DNA of 64,000 bases from contig NC_043022.1 in the NCBI RefSeq assembly GCF_006345805.1, positions 19,096,001 to 19,160,000 on the forward strand, given 5' to 3'. Numbering within the stretch: position 1 is the stretch's first letter; each line of letters opens with the position of its first letter. Source of the stretch: Octopus sinensis. Lineage: Eukaryota. Shown in pieces: positions 44,355 through 64,000 of this stretch. The position numbers were made by a program, and so were the translations under genes. Below the pieces are notes generated by a model, which worked only from the letters and a program-made list of their open reading frames with translations, did no database searches and was not told the origin of the DNA.

Positions 44355-44805
44355 TAGAGTAATAAAGCAATGTACTAAAGTGAATCTTGCGTACGGAGAT
44401 ATAAGCAAAACAGATTTGCAATTGATAAACGTCTTTGTGTCATCATGAGAACAAGCATGTTATGAAAGGAGGCTATCAAAACATTAATAGATATTGAGGT
44501 TTTATCAACAATACATTACTTATTATTTTGATATCAGTAAAAATGTTTTGGGAGGGAAACAGCTGTCACTGGTGAACAGGTTTCTTTTTAAAGATATCGA
44601 CGTCCTAAAAAACATTGGTCACGTAACAAAATTACCTAACAACTCCGAACATAAATTCTTCATTTCTTTAAGTGTATTTTGGTGTTTTAAACAGATTGTG
44701 GAAATTCAAGGGTTTTAATAAATTCTAGATAAGAATGGCATGCGGAGATAGATAGAATTTGACGATTCCACTGATTGACTTTTATTCTGAGAGAAAAAAA
44801 ATCTT

Positions 44806-45231
44806 GGATCTTTTCGGTTTGAACGGCAGTTTTTAACATAATTTCTAGGTAACTAAAAAATCTTAAACTTCGTATACTGGTAGAATGTGTTTATAAAACA
44901 TCTTTTTCTCTTGGCTTTATTGAGAAAATTCTATAGTTTGTAAGCTATTTCTTGTTTATTTTTCTTCAATTTCTGCAATTTCAACCAATCAATGACCGTC
45001 TATTGAGGTAACAAACATTCTGTGCCGTATGAATATGTCCCTCGTTTAAGAAACAGATTGGGTTTATTTACATTTCTGAAGAAAAAAGATACCCTTCCCC
45101 CACTCCTAATCCTAACCCAAACGCTAACTAACCCTAACCCTAAAACATATTGAAATACTAGGGTCATAATTATGGGTGACAATTTGATATGACACCGCTA
45201 GAAAAAACTGCCGTTCAAACCGAAAAGAGCC
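44806..45231 (+). mobile_element. GGATC-TIR MITE, complete
   Basis: TIRs GGATCTTTTCGGTTTGAACGGCAGTTTTT / AAAAACTGCCGTTCAAACCGAAAAGAGCC. Confidence 0.9.
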
Positions 45232-46204
45232 CTTTTTTCACCTGGTTGAACTAAAGGGTCACTAAGGAAAGATTGGGTTCCATTTCTTTCTACGCTTTAC
45301 AAACTCGACTCAAACTAACCAACCACGCCGTATAAGTTTTTTGACGACGCTTAACTCCACTATTACCTTCGGACATTATAGCTTTTTTTTTAACCTCTAT
45401 CTTTGATACATACAGTCGCAGGCGTGGCTGCGTAGGGAGAAGTTTGGTTGCCAATCACATGGTTCCATATTTAGTCCCACTGCGTACTACCTTGGACAAG
45501 TGTCTGCTATAGCCCCAAGCCGGCCAAATCTTTTGTAAGTCGATTTAGTTGATGGAAACTGAAAGAAACCTGTCGTATATATATATATATATATACACAC
45601 AACTTATAAGTAAGGGCTAAAGAAAATTATTTCAAAGCCAATATGCTGATAACAGACTATTAAATCGTCAATTTCCACATATAATTTACTCGCTACAGCA
45701 AAAATCGAAGACTTGAAGTCGGGTAAGTTGGCCGTTAGAATTTTTAAAATTCGTTATCTCTATATTGAATCAATTTCGGAATTAATCTCATAAAAGACTT
45801 ATTCGTCTTCAGTAGAGCTTACGAGAGAATATAAATAAGATACTTACATGCGCCCATGGAAAAAGCCGAAGCAAAAAACATGAGTACATTTAAGTACCCC
45901 AGTTATATCTAAAAATACAAATTCTTAGGTCAGCCTCAGTACAACGTGTTGACTGTTCGCCACTACAGGTAATAGTGGTTACCAGTCCCTATAGCGAGTA
46001 GTAATAAGTCTACAACTAATATAGGATGAAGTTTTTTCTCCCCAGTGCGTAACTGGTACTTAATTTATCGACCCTGAAAGGATGAAAGGCAAAGTCGACC
46101 TCGGTGGAATTTGAACTCAGAACATAACGGCAGACGAAATATGGCTACGCATTTCGCCCGGCGTGCTAACGATTCTGCCAGCTCGCCGTGTGTGTGTGTG
46201 TATG

Positions 46205-46254
<50 letters not shown>

Positions 46255-46499
46255 GCAGTCTAATGACTGAAACAAGTAAAACATAGATAATAAAGATAGT
46301 TCCATTGCTTTTCAATGCACTTCTTCCAGAAGACCCTAAGTTTGCTTATTCCATAGAAGAAGGTTTCCGGCTTGCAAATCGACCATCTCGCAAAGGAAGT
46401 TTGAACAATCGAAACACGTTATAGTCGGAAGGGGTGAGATTTGGACTGTATTCAGAGTGTTTCAGCATGGCCCAATGGTTAGGGCAGCGGACTCGCGGT

Positions 46500-46745
46500 C
46501 GGATAAAATAGACATGATAAAAAAATATTCAGACAAATACGTAACAAAAACATCAGGACTTACAAATATATATAACATACAGAAAATTGCACTACTGGGC
46601 ACTGCACACGTCCTACGCAGAACACTTTCAATACTGTAACCATCAGAGCATCACAACAAATCACAGCACATACCCAGGCACACAGAGCTGCGCTCGGTAG
46701 TGAAGTCAAAGCACGCTATAAAAATAAAACTACTAAATGATGATG
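46500..46745 (+). mobile_element. RLE retrotransposon extreme 3' end (second subfamily)
   Basis: MIKK..IQKIALLGTAHVLRRTLS, followed by a 3'UTR ending in (TGA/TAA)n. Confidence 0.7.
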
Positions 46746-47086
46746 ATAATAATAATAATAATATTTGAATAATTCACCTCTGGAAACATGGGTGGTTCTT
46801 TCAACATCCTTAAACAACCCTTATTCAGGGATCTTTTGAGCGGGATGGGCTACTCAACCTGAAGAAAATTCTAACTGGGCCCCACCTGCAAGGTCATGTG
46901 CTGTTTATCTTGATATGAGATCACCATGTCGCGCACATATGGTTGTGATGCATGTGCCTGGTGTACCTTTATCAGACGGGTAGTCATGATGGGTATATTG
47001 GGCTTCGTATATTTTACCCCAGTGTCACTTTGATGGCATGAACTGCTCTCTCACTCAATAATAACAATAATAATAATAACAATAAC

Positions 47087-47143
<57 letters not shown>

Positions 47144-47145
<2 letters not shown>

Positions 47146-48181
47146 CCAAACTGAACAACCCGAGGGAAGTACGGCAACTATTGTTGCAAAGAAGGTGAAA
47201 ATGATGGCAATGAAAAAAGCGCACGAGCAATTGGCTGTTAGCTGGGAGGAGAAACCTCTGCACGGCAAATATGTGACCCGCAGCAAACAAGCTGATGTTG
47301 ACCAGAAGCAAACCCATCAGTGGCTGCGGAGCTCAGGGCTAAAAGCAGAGAGCGAAGGTTTCATCCTGGCTGCTCAAGACCAAAGCCTATCAACCCGGAA
47401 CTACCAGGCCAATGTGATGAAAAATGGAGCAGACCCAAAATGCCGATTCTGCAACGACATGATTGAAACAGTGGACCACCTAATCTCTGGATGTAAAGTC
47501 TTAGCACCAGTGGAGTATAAATTAAGACATGACAGAGTTGGCCAATATCTCCACTGGCTAATAAGTCGGCATTACAATATCAAAACTGCCGACAAGTGGT
47601 ATAATCACCACCCTGAGGCTGTAACTGAAGGAGAAAATGTAACGATTCTGTGGGACTTTCCAGTACATACAGACCGAACCATCAAGGCCAATAAACCAGA
47701 TATTGTTGTGAAAGACCAAAACAATAAAGTTTGCTTATTGATCGACATGAGCATCCCCTGTGATCATAATATCTCAGCGAAAGAGTTTGACAAGCTCAGA
47801 AAATATAAAGACCTACTCATTGAAATTGAGAAAATGTGGCATCTCAAGGCGGTTACAATACCAGTGATCGTAGGAGCACTAGGAATGATCAAGAAGGGAA
47901 CCGAAAATTATATGAGAATGATCCCTGGCTTACCATCCCTGCAAGAAGTGAAAAAGATTGTCTTAACTGGTACATCACACGTATTGAGAAGAGCATTGTC
48001 GATGTGAGAACTGTTGCTGCTCATGCATTTTAATTTAACTTTAAAAAAAAAAAAAAAAATGAACGAACTACTGACTTTGGTTTAATGGCCTACTAATATA
48101 CACTATGAGTTTCTTTGCCCTAGGAGTCGGGAAGACACTCGGCAAGAAATGGAAGAAAATTTGAAAGAAGAAGAAAAAAAA

Positions 48182-48182
<1 letters not shown>
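47144..48182 (+). mobile_element. R4/Dong-like RLE retrotransposon, 5'-truncated, flanked by (TAA)n on both sides
   Basis: ORF 47195-48007 has a CCHC knuckle (CRFC..ETVDHLISGC), RHD, KPDIV..D..K..KY. (TAA)n at 47060-47143 and 48183-48230. Confidence 0.92.
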
Positions 48183-48233
<51 letters not shown>

Positions 48234-48282
48234 TATCGAAAAATACCTTGGGAATGAGAAACCAGGTTCGAAATTTCCTCAA

Positions 48283-48328
48283 AACACCTGAAGAAGGCTG
48301 GAGGGTATATCAGCCGAAACGTTGTGTT
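48283..48328 (+). ncRNA. Minimal hammerhead motif about 550 bp upstream of gene 2
   Basis: aacac-CTGAAGA-a-ggctg[gagggtatat]cagcc-GAAA-CG-T-T/gtgtt. Perfect 5-bp stems I and II. A deleted copy lies at 29690-29740(-). Confidence 0.68.
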
Positions 48329-48394
48329 AACAATAAACAAGACGAGGACAAATATCCGTCAAATGTAAATAATGTAAATGTTGTGTGTGTATGT

Positions 48395-48445
<51 letters not shown>

Positions 48446-48878
48446 GCATCGTGTTGTACGTGGGGTTGATAAATATCGATTTTATACGTTTTACAGATGT
48501 CGTGTGTGTATATGTGTGTGTGAGTGTGTGTGTGTGTATGTGTGTGTGTGAGAGAGAGAGAGAAAGAGAGAAGTGTGTGCGTGTGCGTGTCCATGTGTGT
48601 GGCTTATTTGTATGCATGTGTGGGTGGGGCACAAGGACAGATATGGTAATATGTATAATACATGTGCGTGCATACGGCTCCATGTATGTATATGTGTGTG
48701 TATTTGTATGTATGTATGTATGTAGATAAACAGATAGGTAGATATGTACGTAAATACGTAAATGGGCGTGGCTAGATAGATAGATGGATGGATGGATGGC
48801 TATATACATATGTATATATACATAAGCTAAACCGCTGATAAAACATTATCTGCAAAATAACAAAACACAAGAGCCATT

Positions 48879-64000
<15,122 letters not shown>

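Noticed and set aside
45848-45908. 61-bp minus-strand segment with AG/GTAAGT boundaries (ITGVLKCTHVFCFGFFHGR)
   Set aside because: No compatible partner exons or recognisable homology were found, so it could be chance.

Overview
This is eukaryotic, highly repeat-rich genomic DNA. The SINE families, TTAGGG-type repeats and microsatellite load look like a coleoid cephalopod (Octopus); that assignment is inference. Most ORFs in the six-frame track are microsatellite or transposon artefacts. Manual exon assembly recovers two tandem, same-strand (+) paralogous genes that the track misses or shows only in pieces. Both encode small secreted proteins with two chitin-binding type-2 (peritrophin-A/CBM14) domains. 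Gene 1 is complete: 4 exons, 16516-28163, 133 aa, 12 Cys. Gene 2 has 3 exons in the window (48879 to beyond 64000) and the same intron phases (1, 2). The rest is mobile DNA. There are several Tx1/L1-clade LINEs: one degenerate full-length copy at 2335-8385 embedded in (GATA)n, one internally deleted copy carrying nested insertions, and one split by an antisense ORF1-only element and flanked by 1.4-kb direct repeats. R4/Dong-like RLE retrotransposon 3' ends sit in (TAA)n tracts. Also present are a near-intact Penelope-like element (RT + GIY-YIG), a solo LTR, Helitron-like and Tc1-like non-autonomous elements, a GGATC-TIR MITE family with internal TTAGGG repeats, and at least four tRNA-type SINE families. 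A recurrent hidden layer is a set of minimal type-I hammerhead ribozyme motifs with palindromic stem III, often inside short inverted duplications of Penelope termini. Two of these lie on the sense strand of gene 1 introns.
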